Source of the DNA: Actinomycetes bacterium
Lineage (GTDB): Bacteria > Actinomycetota > Acidimicrobiia > Acidimicrobiales > Aldehydirespiratoraceae
Length of the DNA stretch: 64,000 nucleotides
Assembly (NCBI GenBank): GCA_024276495.1
Contig: JAJRXC010000083.1
Span: 314 to 64,313 of the forward strand
Reading direction: 5' to 3'
In this document: positions 25,855-35,572 of the stretch, in pieces
Position numbering within the stretch: the stretch's first letter is position 1
Layout: each line of letters starts with the position of its first letter
The notes under the pieces: model-generated
What the model was told of the DNA's origin: nothing
The model's input: only the letters and a program-made list of their open reading frames with translations
The model's database searches: none
Made by a program: the position numbers and the translations under genes

Positions 25855-27440
25855 GATCCGTCTCCGTTCCGAAACGCCAGCTCGTCGGCGAACATGGCCT
25901 TCACCTCCTGCTCCTCATCGGCTCGACGTTCGTCGGTCCAATCCAGCTTCTCGGCCATCCGCGCCGCCATCGCCTCGCTCAGGGCCTGGCGATGCTCGGG
26001 GACGTACCAGGCCACGCGGGTCCGGCGGTACACGGTGTCGACCAGGGTCGTGGCGGCTTCGACATCGACGGCCCAGTCGACCTCACCGGTCACGACCGGC
26101 ACGCCCTCGACGAGCGGCGCGTCGCCCAGGGCGAGCACGTCGGCGGCTTCGGATCCGTAGAGCCGACCGAGCCGCGCCGCCTGACGGTCGTCGCCCGAAA
26201 CGACCGGGTCCCCGCCCGGGATCGGCGCCAGGCCGGGGCCGTCGGGCAGCGAACGACCGAGTTGCTTGGCGACGACCCCGACGACGTCCTCGGCCATCCG
26301 CCGGAACCCCGTGAGCTTGCCGCCCGCGATCGAGATCATCCCCCCGGGGCCGACGGTGACCTCGTCCTTGCGCGACATCTCCTTGGGGTCCTTGCCCTCC
26401 TGGGCGATCAAGGGGCGGACTCCGGCCCACGCCGCGATCACGTCTCGTGGCGTCAGCGGCTCGATGTCGAAGTAGCTCGTCATCGGCGCCAGGAGGTACT
26501 CGACGTCGGCGAGGTCGATCTCGGGCCACAGTGGCCGCTCGCCGCGATAGCTCGTGTCGGTCGTGCCGATGTACACGATGTCGCCGCGGGGGATGGTGAA
26601 GATCGAGCGTTTGTCGGCCGTGTTGCAGATGACGAGGTGGTTGACCGGGAAACGGTCGCGGGAGACCACGACATGCACGCCCTTGGAGAGGTGCAGCCGT
26701 GACGCGGGCGGATCCTGCTCCATCCGGGCGATGCTCTCCACCCAGGGCCCGGCGGCGTTGACGACGATGTCGCCCCGAACGGAGACCTCCCGGCCCGTCG
26801 ATGCGCAGCGGGCGACGATCCCGTCGATGCGGTCGCCGTCGCGGGAGACGCCGACGACCCGCAGACGGCTCGCCACGACCGCCCCGTCGGCCACCGCGGC
26901 CCGCAACACGCCGAGCACGAGCCGGGCATCGTCGGTCAGATACTCGCGGTAGGCGACGGCCCATTGATAGGGGTCGGCGCGCAGATGGGGTTCGTCGGCG
27001 GTGACCTCGTCGCCCTTCCAGACCGAATGTCGATCCGCGTCGGCGATCCCACCGAGCTTCTCGTAGGTCCCGATCCCGGCCCGGAACTTCGTGACCGCCG
27101 CCCGGTTGCGGGCCGGCACGACCATCCAACACGGCTCGGCCAGGTGGGGAGCCATGGCGTGAACGGCCGTACGTTCCCGGGCCGTCTTGCGAACCAGGTC
27201 GACCTCACCGGTGGCCAGATACCGAAGCCCGCCGTGGATCAACTTCGACGAACGAGACGACGTCCCCGCCGCGAAGTCGTCGGCCTCCACGAGCGCGACC
27301 CGCAAACCCCTCGCCGCCGCGTCCCGAGCCACCCCCGCACCGGTGATCCCGCCACCGACGATGACCACGTCGAATCGTTCCGCCTCCAGCTCGTCGAGCC
27401 GTTCTTCACGACTCGACGGGGTGAGGGAGGGGTGGGGCAT
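25851..27440 (-). CDS. glpD: Glycerol-3-phosphate dehydrogenase/oxidase (FAD-dependent)
   Basis: IVGGGITGAG, GTSSRSSKLIHGGLRYL, TDDARL, GVRPL, GGKLT. Confidence 0.9.
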   Translation of the reverse strand: MPHPSLTPSSREERLDELEAERFDVVIVGGGITGAGVARDAAARGLRVALVEADDFAAGTSSRSSKLIHGGLRYLATGEVDLVRKTARERTAVHAMAPHLAEPCWMVVPARNRAAVTKFRAGIGTYEKLGGIADADRHSVWKGDEVTADEPHLRADPYQWAVAYREYLTDDARLVLGVLRAAVADGAVVASRLRVVGVSRDGDRIDGIVARCASTGREVSVRGDIVVNAAGPWVESIARMEQDPPASRLHLSKGVHVVVSRDRFPVNHLVICNTADKRSIFTIPRGDIVYIGTTDTSYRGERPLWPEIDLADVEYLLAPMTSYFDIEPLTPRDVIAAWAGVRPLIAQEGKDPKEMSRKDEVTVGPGGMISIAGGKLTGFRRMAEDVVGVVAKQLGRSLPDGPGLAPIPGGDPVVSGDDRQAARLGRLYGSEAADVLALGDAPLVEGVPVVTGEVDWAVDVEAATTLVDTVYRRTRVAWYVPEHRQALSEAMAARMAEKLDWTDERRADEEQEVKAMFADELAFRNGDGS

Positions 27441-27547
27441 GACCAGTTTCTAGCCGAGTCCCCCGGGCCGGACTGCGCCGCGCCCGCCACGACGGCACGA
27501 GACGCAAATTCGGCGCGGATCGAGAACGGGGTCCGTAGCCTTCGCTG

Positions 27548-28756
27548 ATGTCCCGATTCGCACCGACCTGGGTGTTCAGCATCCTGTCGGCAACCCTGGC
27601 CGCCGGCTACGGCGTGCTGTTCACGATCGTCGGCGACTATCGCGACACCTACGGCATCAGCGAGTCCATGATCGGGATGCTGATCGGCTCCGGGTTCATC
27701 TCGGCCTTCCTGGCCCAGATCGTCATCGCGCCGCTCGCCGACCGAGGTCACGCCCGCCGGCTCATCGTGATCGGCGTGCTCGCCAACGTGGTCGGCCTGC
27801 TGATGATGGCCTTCGGTGAATCGCTGACTCCCCTGTTGTCCGGCCGGATCATCTCCGGTGTCGGCATCGGCGCCGCGCTGCCGGCCATCCGTCGGATCGT
27901 GATCCTGTCGGATCCCGAGAACCTCGGCGAGAACCTCGGCCGCCTCCTCTCCGCCGACGTGTTCGGCTTCGCGACGGGCCCGGCCATCTCGGCCGTGCTG
28001 GTCGGGCCGTTCGGGCTCGCCGCCCCCTTCCTCGTCGTGAGCGGCCTCACCCTGGCGTGTCTCCCGTTCACCGCGCTCGTGGCCGTCACCGAGACGCGGG
28101 GCATGACCGGCCAGCGCCTCGCCATCGATTTGTTGCGGTCTCGGGTGGTCGCCGGTGCCGTCGTGATCGGTGCGGCGGTGTTTCTTATGATCGGCGCGTT
28201 CGACGCCTTGTGGGACGTCGTGCACGAGGATCTCGAGACCTCCACGTGGCTCGCGAACCTCGGGATCACCCTGTTCGCGGTCCCCCTGGTCGTTCTCGGC
28301 CCGACCAGCGGGCGCCTCGCCCAGCGGATCGGTCCGTTCCGGGTCGGCTCGGTGGGCCTGCTCGCGGGGGCCGGGTTCATGTTCGCCTACGGTCAGCTCC
28401 CCACCGGCGGCTGGATCTTCGCCATCGCGATGGTCCACGCGTTCAGCGACGGCCTGACCGTCGCCTCGTCGGGGGTGGCGATCTCGATGGCCGTTCCCGA
28501 GGAGCGCCAGGCCGGGGCCCAAGGTGTCATGGGCGCAGCCCAGTCGTTGACGGCCGGCCTCACCGCCATGATCATCGGCGCCCTCTACCAGGGCCCGGGC
28601 CGCGCCGTCGCCTATGCCGCCGCCGCGGTGGGGATGCTGATCCTCACGGTGATCGGAGTGGCGCTCGCGATGCCGTTCATCCGCGACCGGAACCGCTCGT
28701 TGTCGTCCGAGCCGAGCCCGGCGTCGCGCTCGACGGAGGATCGACTCCCCCGCTGA
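27548..28756 (+). CDS. MFS transporter
   Basis: About 12 TM segments; PLADRGHARR and GRLAQRIG motif-A variants. Confidence 0.9.
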   Translation: MSRFAPTWVFSILSATLAAGYGVLFTIVGDYRDTYGISESMIGMLIGSGFISAFLAQIVIAPLADRGHARRLIVIGVLANVVGLLMMAFGESLTPLLSGRIISGVGIGAALPAIRRIVILSDPENLGENLGRLLSADVFGFATGPAISAVLVGPFGLAAPFLVVSGLTLACLPFTALVAVTETRGMTGQRLAIDLLRSRVVAGAVVIGAAVFLMIGAFDALWDVVHEDLETSTWLANLGITLFAVPLVVLGPTSGRLAQRIGPFRVGSVGLLAGAGFMFAYGQLPTGGWIFAIAMVHAFSDGLTVASSGVAISMAVPEERQAGAQGVMGAAQSLTAGLTAMIIGALYQGPGRAVAYAAAAVGMLILTVIGVALAMPFIRDRNRSLSSEPSPASRSTEDRLPR

Positions 28757-28771
28757 GCTCCCGACCGCTGC

Positions 28772-29203
28772 TCAGCTCACCGGTTCGAGCATGACCAAGG
28801 GGATCTCCCGGTCGGTCTTCTCCTGGTAGCCGCCGTAGTTGGCGTACTTCGCGGTGACCGTCGGCCACAACTCCGCCCGTTCCCGCGAATCGAGGACGCG
28901 AGCCGTCATCGGCGTGACCGGGCCGCCCTTCCACGCTACCTCCACGGCCGGATCGTCCCGCAGGTTGAGGAACCAGGCCGGGTGGGTCGGCTCGCCGCCC
29001 TTCGACGCGACGATCAGGATCGAGTCGCCGTCCTGATAGGGGGAGGTCAACATCACCGACCGCTTCTCGCCGGATTTTCGGCCGACCGTGGTGAGCTCCA
29101 ACACCGGCATCTTCGCCGCCGTCCATCCGAATTTCCCCCTGCTGATCTTGAGCAGACCCCGGTGCAGGGTGTTCATGGTCTTGAGCATTCCGTCGCTGGG
29201 CAT
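28772..29203 (-). CDS. Deazaflavin (F420)-dependent nitroreductase family protein
   Basis: LTTVGRKSG, VASKGG..HPAWFLNL, YQEKTDREIP. Confidence 0.92.
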   Translation of the reverse strand: MPSDGMLKTMNTLHRGLLKISRGKFGWTAAKMPVLELTTVGRKSGEKRSVMLTSPYQDGDSILIVASKGGEPTHPAWFLNLRDDPAVEVAWKGGPVTPMTARVLDSRERAELWPTVTAKYANYGGYQEKTDREIPLVMLEPVS

Positions 29204-29321
29204 GCCGAGGACCGTACCCGCCACCACCGCGAAGCCCAAGAGCGCGGCGACGTTCCGACCGGCGGGCGACACCACTGTGGGCGCGAACGACCCCGTCGGG
29301 CAGGTCCGGTAGCGTGCGCCG

Positions 29322-30464
29322 ATGGCGGACGCGCTGAAAGACCACTTCGATCGACCGCTCGTCGAGCTCCTGGCGTCGCGGTTCGCAACCGTCGACCGCC
29401 GCTTCGACGCCGCGGCGTTCACCGAGACCGTGGTCGACTCACTTCACCCCCTCGAGTTGAAGGACCGGATCAACCTCATCGCCGACGAGTTGCGGGCCGG
29501 TCTGGCCGCCGACTACCGCGTGGCGCTGGCCGCGGTGGTGGCCGTCGCGCGAACCGACGGGATCGAGGGCTTCACCGCGTGGCCGCTGTGCTCGTTCGTC
29601 GAGCGGCACGGCCTCGCCGATCCGCACGCCTCGCTCGACGCGATGGAGACCCTCACCCGCCGGTTCTCCTGCGAGTTCGCGATCCGACCGTTCCTCGATC
29701 ACCATCTCGACCTGACACGCACCCACCTCGACCGTTGGATCCGCAGCGACGACGAGGCGGTGCGCCGGCTCCCGTCGGAGGGCACCCGGCCCCGTCTGCC
29801 GTGGGGGCCGAAGGTCGACGCGCTCCTCGACGACCCGGAGATCGGGCTCGCTGTGCTGACCGAACTGCGCCACGACCCGTCGGAGACCGTGCGTCGCTCG
29901 GTCGCCAACCATCTCAACGACATCGCCCGCAACCATCCGGAGCGGGTCGTGCAGATCACCCGCGAGTGGCGCGCCGACCCGACGATCGAGCCGTCGATGA
30001 TCCGTCATGCGCTGCGCAGCCTCGTGAAGCGGGGGGACCGTGGCGCCCTCGCCGTGCTCGGGTTCACCACCGAGCCCCGAGTGGCGGTCACCGCGTTCGA
30101 CATCGTCCCTGCCGAGCTGCGACTCTCCGACTCGATAGAGCTCAGGGCCACCCTGATCTCGGAGGCGACGACCGACCAGCATCTCGTGATCGACTTCGTC
30201 GTGCATCATGTCGGCGCCGACGGCACCACCCGCCCGAGGGTCTTCAAGTGGACGACGGTCGAGCTCGCCGCCGGGGCGACGACCACCGTGACGAAGCGAC
30301 GCCGGATCGCGACGGCGTCGACGCGCCGCTACCACGCCGGACGGCATCGGGTCGAGCTGCAGATCGCGGGGGAGATCGCCGCCGAGTGCGCCTTCGAGCT
30401 CCTCGACAGCTCGCCGTCCGCGTCGCCGTCGGCCGCTGCCGGGTCGACTTCGCCGCCGCGGTGA
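29322..30464 (+). CDS. DNA alkylation repair protein (HEAT-like repeat glycosylase, AlkC-like)
   Basis: TRRFSCEFAIRPF, SEGTRPRLPW, VRRSVANHLNDI; C-terminal Ig-like domain. Confidence 0.88.
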   Translation: MADALKDHFDRPLVELLASRFATVDRRFDAAAFTETVVDSLHPLELKDRINLIADELRAGLAADYRVALAAVVAVARTDGIEGFTAWPLCSFVERHGLADPHASLDAMETLTRRFSCEFAIRPFLDHHLDLTRTHLDRWIRSDDEAVRRLPSEGTRPRLPWGPKVDALLDDPEIGLAVLTELRHDPSETVRRSVANHLNDIARNHPERVVQITREWRADPTIEPSMIRHALRSLVKRGDRGALAVLGFTTEPRVAVTAFDIVPAELRLSDSIELRATLISEATTDQHLVIDFVVHHVGADGTTRPRVFKWTTVELAAGATTTVTKRRRIATASTRRYHAGRHRVELQIAGEIAAECAFELLDSSPSASPSAAAGSTSPPR

Positions 30465-30515
30465 GATTTGCGATGGACCCTTGCATCATGGAGGGTTTCG
30501 TGTATTTTCAGACCC

Positions 30516-31379
30516 ATGCGCGCCGCTCGTCGCTCACTTGCCGTCGTCATCATCGGCACCCTCGCCGCCGGGTCCGTCGGCCTGCAGCTCGCGGCCGCCC
30601 AGGAGGAATCGATTCCCGATGAGGTCGCCGCGCTGATCGCCGACCGAACCCTGCTGGTCATCGCCGGAAGTGAGGATTCCATGCGAATCGCGGCCACGCC
30701 GGGTGTCGGCGGTGGGCGGGCGATCACCTGCGGCTGGTTCGGTGTTCGCTCCACGGGGGCCGATCCGTTCACGGTCCGCCAGATCGCCGCCCCGGTGATC
30801 GACACGACCTATCTGCTCTGGTGCTGGTATCCCGACACCGGCGACAGCCTCCCGGGTCATCCGATCGTCACCGACTACACCGGCCCGGGCATACCCGGCG
30901 AGCCGGCCGACGAAGACGACGTCAGCGAGTTCGCCCTGGCATCGCTCGAGTTCGCCACACCCGCCCCGGTTCTGAACCCGGCCGTCGACCTCCTCGTCGG
31001 CATCGACACCTGGCTCGCCGTCACCAGCCGGCTCGACTATCCGGCGATCCACGCGAACGCCGGGCCGGTCTGGGTCTCGGTGTGGCCCCGCTTTCGCGAC
31101 GTGGTCTGGGACCTCGGCAACCGCGACACCCTCCGATGCACCCGGCAGTCCGACGCCGCGACCGTGTGGGATCCCGCCGACCCGCAGCGCTCGAGCGACT
31201 GCACTTATCTCTACGAGTCGATCGGGCGAGCCGACGGCACCCACACGATCTCCGCGACCGTCACCTGGACGATCCTGCGGCGCAGCTTCCGCCGGCCCCG
31301 ATGGTTGCCGTGGCGCGACTTCAGCCTCACCACCACCCGGACGGTTCGCGTCACAGAGCTCCAGGCCGTGATCGAGTGA
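30516..31379 (+). CDS. Secreted Cys-containing hypothetical protein (PKD/Ig-like C-terminus)
   Basis: Signal peptide MRAARRSLAVVII...; LVGIDTWL, WDLGN...C, CTYLYE, ATVTW, VTELQAV. Confidence 0.75.
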   Translation: MRAARRSLAVVIIGTLAAGSVGLQLAAAQEESIPDEVAALIADRTLLVIAGSEDSMRIAATPGVGGGRAITCGWFGVRSTGADPFTVRQIAAPVIDTTYLLWCWYPDTGDSLPGHPIVTDYTGPGIPGEPADEDDVSEFALASLEFATPAPVLNPAVDLLVGIDTWLAVTSRLDYPAIHANAGPVWVSVWPRFRDVVWDLGNRDTLRCTRQSDAATVWDPADPQRSSDCTYLYESIGRADGTHTISATVTWTILRRSFRRPRWLPWRDFSLTTTRTVRVTELQAVIE

Positions 31380-31392
31380 CGACGCGGGTCGG

Positions 31393-32079
31393 TCACGCCG
31401 AGCCGAGCTCGTCGGGATCGATGTCGTCGGGGACGGGCCGGTCGGGACCGCGCCGGAAGTAGACCGGGGTGAGGCCCACGCCCGGCCAGTCGCCGGCATC
31501 TCGGACATCGCCGATCCAGACGTGGGGACGCCACAACGTGGCGGGGTCCTGGCTGTCGAGCACGTCGAGGAGCCCCTCCAACTCGAACCGGTCCCGACGG
31601 GTGAGATCGCGGCTGAAGGCGAGGTGGAGGTCGACCGTTCGCGTCGCCGCGTCGGAGGAGAACGTGGCCGCCCAGAGCTCCGGCCCGAACGCACGACTCA
31701 TCGTCGCCGCGATCGTGACCACCGCCGCGTTCTTGAACTCCGCCGCCGGGGTCATGCCGATCCCGTCGGAGGGAATCCGAGTCGCGAACACGCGCCGGTG
31801 GACCCGACCGGGCCACCCCTCGAGGCCGTGTCCGAGCCACAGATGGGTCGTGTGACGAAGCCATGCCGACGACGAGTCGTGGAGCCGCGAGGAGAACTCC
31901 CCGATGGCGGTGACCGTCTCGCCGACCGGATCCTCGGCACAGGCGAAGAAGACCTCCACGAAGCCGGCCGGTTCGTCGACACGGACCGCCACCGCTCGCA
32001 CCCAGTAGGCCAGGGTGTCGACGAGGGCGTCGGTCACGGCCAGAACCACACGGTCCTCGAAGTCGCGCTCGTCTGTCAT
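31393..32079 (-). CDS. Putative immunity protein with two tandem homologous domains
   Basis: ATGA-coupled immediately downstream of the toxin; internal repeat (HLWLG...WPG...VFATR / HVWIG...WPG...VYFRR). Confidence 0.7.
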   Translation of the reverse strand: MTDERDFEDRVVLAVTDALVDTLAYWVRAVAVRVDEPAGFVEVFFACAEDPVGETVTAIGEFSSRLHDSSSAWLRHTTHLWLGHGLEGWPGRVHRRVFATRIPSDGIGMTPAAEFKNAAVVTIAATMSRAFGPELWAATFSSDAATRTVDLHLAFSRDLTRRDRFELEGLLDVLDSQDPATLWRPHVWIGDVRDAGDWPGVGLTPVYFRRGPDRPVPDDIDPDELGSA

Positions 32080-34127
32080 CGAATCGTTCCCGTCGGCGTC
32101 GCCGGGGTGGCCCGCGGCGACGTGGGGACCACGCTAGGGCGACTCGTGCCCTTGATGATGAACGTGTTCGTGGGCTGAAGAGGGACATCGAGTCGTTGGT
32201 TGACGTTGATCCCCTCGATGTCGTCGAACCGGGCCAGTATGTCGCCGGCCCGGGTGCGACCCAGGATCTCGGCGGAGCCGTCGTGGACGGCGTCGAGGAC
32301 GGCCTGGGCGTCGGCGGGATCGGTGAAGTAGCCGCCGCCAGCCTCGCCCCGCTGCGCCGCGCCTTCGATGTGACGCCCCTGCTTCTGGCGGCTGATGGTC
32401 GTGGAGAGCGCGTCGAGTTGGTCATCGAGGCGCTCGTACCTCGTCATGCGCGAGGCGAGCCACTCCGCGCCGTCGGCGGTCGTCTCCCAGGCACCGGTCA
32501 CCGCGCCGACCACGTTGGCCGCCTCACGCACGGTGCGTTCCCGGTCCTCGGGGACGAGGAGGTCGACACCCCCTGCGGCGATCACGTCGGCGACCCCGCC
32601 GGTGACCCCGGCGGCAGCCGCCGAACGACCGAGCGCCGTCGTCGCGACCGCGTAGGCATCGACGCCGACCACGGCCGTGCGAACCCCCGCGGCGACGAAA
32701 CCACCCTTGACCGCGTTGCCCACGACGTCGTCGAGGAGGTCGTCGCCGGTGGAGAGGTTGACGGCCACGGTGGTGCCCGCCGCGGCGAGCGACCCGACCG
32801 CGACGACCAGCATCGGGCCGGCGGTTCCCCCGGTGGCGACCAGCACGGCGCCACTCCCGACCAGGGCCGCACCCATCGCCAACTCGTCTTTGTGCTCCTG
32901 CCACCAGCTCTCGTCGAACCAGCCGCGCTCGACCATCGTCGTGGCCGCGGCGACGACGGATTCGGGCAGATCCGGGTTGTCGGCGATGAACCGGATCAGG
33001 TCGTTTCGGGACCGGACGCCGTCGACCAACCCCGATGGGTCGTTGGCGATGTCGATCGCGTCGGCGTAGGGGCCGAGTGCCGACCTGATCTGCGACTTCA
33101 ACAGGAACGCCCGCAGGTCTGATTCGGCGATCAGCCCGTCGCCGGGTTCGGTTCGTCCGAACGGCCCATCACCGAGGATGTCGGTGTTCTCGTCGGCCGT
33201 GTCGAGGCGGTTGCGCAACTCCGGCACGGCGAGCAGCGCCTCGGCGGCGACCACCTGCGCGGAGGTGAACCGGCCGCGATTCGCGACGACGTACTCGAGA
33301 TCGGCGACCGACACCCGCCCGTCGGGGCCGCCGCCCGTGGCGTTGTCGAACGCGGCGAAGTCGGCTTCGAGGATGGCGAGCGCGTCCAGCTCGTCGACGC
33401 GCACACCGAAGGAGCGGGCCACGAGCATCGAACCGATCACGTCGAGCAACCCGCTCTCGCGGGCCCGGGCCCGATCGGCCACCGCCGCCACATCGAGCCG
33501 GAATCGTTCGATGAGCGGGACCGCCGCCGTCGCGTCGTCGATGTCGAACCCCCTCGCGACCAGTTCGGCGAGATCGGCATCGAGGCGGTCGATGAGGTCG
33601 CCCGCTGCGACGGGGTCGAGATCGAGGGCGGCGGCCACCGCGGCGATGCGGCTCTCCCGTCGGACCTCCGCATCGACCTCGACCAGCGCCGCCGCGGCAC
33701 CCCGGCCGCGGGCCAGGGCCTGCTCGACACGCACCGCCAGGGTGACATCGCCGCCGACCAACCCGAGCACGAGCCCCCGGCGGCGACGCCGCAACCGGGC
33801 CCTCACGCCGTCTTCCGGGTCTCCCCACCAGTCGTCGAGCGCGTCGGTCAGAGCGTCGATCTCACCGATCTCGCGGCGGATCCCGGCGATGAGGGAGAGA
33901 CGGTTACGCAGATCGGTCGCGAGCCCGTCGAGGCGCCCCCGGGCCGAGTCGAGCGAGGCCAGGGGCGAACGCTGGTCCCGGCCCAGGATTCTGGTGGCGT
34001 CGTCGAGCAGCGCCCCGAGCGCCACCTGGTCGGCCGCGAGGTCGACCGCGGCCGACGCCAGGACCTGGGTCAGCCGTCGGGCCGCCGGGACGTCGAGAAG
34101 GAGGGTGTCGGAACCGGTGTGGGACAT
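32076..34127 (-). CDS. Polymorphic toxin with C-terminal Ntox50-like (toxin type 50) nuclease domain
   Basis: C-terminus RQKQGRHIEG...GGYF...AQAVLDAVHDG...QPTNTFIIKGTSRPSVVP; preceded by a Gly/Ala-rich hydrophobic hairpin; helical N-terminus. Confidence 0.8.
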   Translation of the reverse strand: MSHTGSDTLLLDVPAARRLTQVLASAAVDLAADQVALGALLDDATRILGRDQRSPLASLDSARGRLDGLATDLRNRLSLIAGIRREIGEIDALTDALDDWWGDPEDGVRARLRRRRRGLVLGLVGGDVTLAVRVEQALARGRGAAAALVEVDAEVRRESRIAAVAAALDLDPVAAGDLIDRLDADLAELVARGFDIDDATAAVPLIERFRLDVAAVADRARARESGLLDVIGSMLVARSFGVRVDELDALAILEADFAAFDNATGGGPDGRVSVADLEYVVANRGRFTSAQVVAAEALLAVPELRNRLDTADENTDILGDGPFGRTEPGDGLIAESDLRAFLLKSQIRSALGPYADAIDIANDPSGLVDGVRSRNDLIRFIADNPDLPESVVAAATTMVERGWFDESWWQEHKDELAMGAALVGSGAVLVATGGTAGPMLVVAVGSLAAAGTTVAVNLSTGDDLLDDVVGNAVKGGFVAAGVRTAVVGVDAYAVATTALGRSAAAAGVTGGVADVIAAGGVDLLVPEDRERTVREAANVVGAVTGAWETTADGAEWLASRMTRYERLDDQLDALSTTISRQKQGRHIEGAAQRGEAGGGYFTDPADAQAVLDAVHDGSAEILGRTRAGDILARFDDIEGINVNQRLDVPLQPTNTFIIKGTSRPSVVPTSPRATPATPTGTIR

Positions 34128-34160
34128 CGAGTGTATCTCATGTCATTTCATCCCACCCTG

Positions 34161-35445
34161 TCAAGACCTCGTGTCGTGGTCGTGCAGATACTGCTCGAGC
34201 TCGTCGTAGTCACCCGAGCGGTTCGCGTAGATGACGTGATTGCGAGCGGTCTCGAGCCACGGGCCGATCGACGGCTCGACCACGGCCAACGCCTGCTCGA
34301 TCCCTGCGGTGGTGATCGGCTCGACCCGACCCGACTCGAGCGAGGCGGCCAGCGCCGCCTCCGTGGCCTCCTCGACGATGAGTGCGAGATCGGCCCCCGA
34401 GTAGCCATCGGTCGCCGCGACCACCGCGCCGAGATCGACGTCGTCCGTCGGCCTTCCCCGCAGGTGGTGATCGAGGATCGACCGGCGGCCGACCGGATCC
34501 GGCGGCAACACGAGAAGACGACGATCGAAGCGGCCCGGTCGCAGGAGGGCCTCGTCGACATCCCACGGGTGGTTCGTGGCCGCCAACACGAAGACCCCGT
34601 CGTTGTCGGCACCGACCCCGTCGAGCTCGGACAGGAGCTGGTTGACCACTCCCCGCAGCGAGGCGCCCGACACCCGCAGGTGGCTGCGCTTCTGGCCGAG
34701 CGCGTCGATCTCGTCGAAGAACAAGACGCACGGGGCGTTTCGTCGGGCGGTGTCGAAGATCGCCGCGAGGTTCCGCTCGCTCGACCCGATCCACATGTCG
34801 AGCACGTCGGCGAGTCCGACGTTGTAGAAGTTGGCGCCCATCTCGCCGGCGGTGGCCCGGGCGAGAAAGGTCTTCCCGCACCCCGGGGACCCCACAACAT
34901 GAGGCCGCCGGAGGCCACCTTGCCGAACGCGGCCGCCATCTCCGGGTTGCGATCGGCGCCAGAAACGATCGGTCGAGTTGGCGTTTCACCGCATCGAGGC
35001 CGCCGACGTCGTCGAGGGTGATGCCCGCGGCCCCCAGGTGACCGAACTCGACCTCCTCGATCGGCGCCGACTGCGCCCACTCGTCGACGAGCTCGTCGAC
35101 CGTGTCGGGGAAGTCGTCGACGCCGTAGCCGTCGGGCGTCACCGCCCGCCGGGTGCCCGCCGCGTCGGATCCGGTCTCGTCGCCGGGCTCGACGCGGTCC
35201 CGTTCGAACTGCTGTCGCATCGGGCCGGCCGCGGGATCGCCCAACGCCTCGAGCAACTCCACCGAGACTTCCACGATCGCGGGATCGGCGTCGTCGATGT
35301 CGAAACCGGCCCGGAGATGGGGCACCGCGTCCCGCGCCCGATCCGCGTCGATCAACAGTCGAATGAGATGCACCCGCAGGGCGGTATCGTCGGGCGTCGT
35401 CGCCAGCGCCCGCTCCAGCGAGAAGATCAGATCGTCGGCACTCAT
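34161..35445 (-). pseudogene. AAA+ ATPase with TPR-like N-terminus, broken by two 1-bp deletions (possibly sequence errors)
   Basis: DVGGL...LAPI / RNPEMAAAFGK...GLMLWGP / PGCGKT, LFFDEID, AATNHPW, RPGRFDR lie across three frames; shifts near 34951 and 34886. Confidence 0.8.
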
Positions 35446-35572
35446 GGCTCCGGGTGATCCTCGTCGCCACGCTGGAGACCGGTCACCGGACGCGATGGTA
35501 GAACCCGCGAGACTCACGGACGTTCACCATCCGCCGATCGGGTGGAGAGCCCCGACGACCCCGGCGAGACCG

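Noticed and set aside
30464-34160. Mobile element or prophage carrying the toxin
   Set aside because: No integrase, transposase, terminal repeats or att-like duplication seen
34880-34955. Programmed ribosomal frameshifting in the AAA ATPase
   Set aside because: Would need two successive shifts, one inside Walker A; no canonical slippery heptamer
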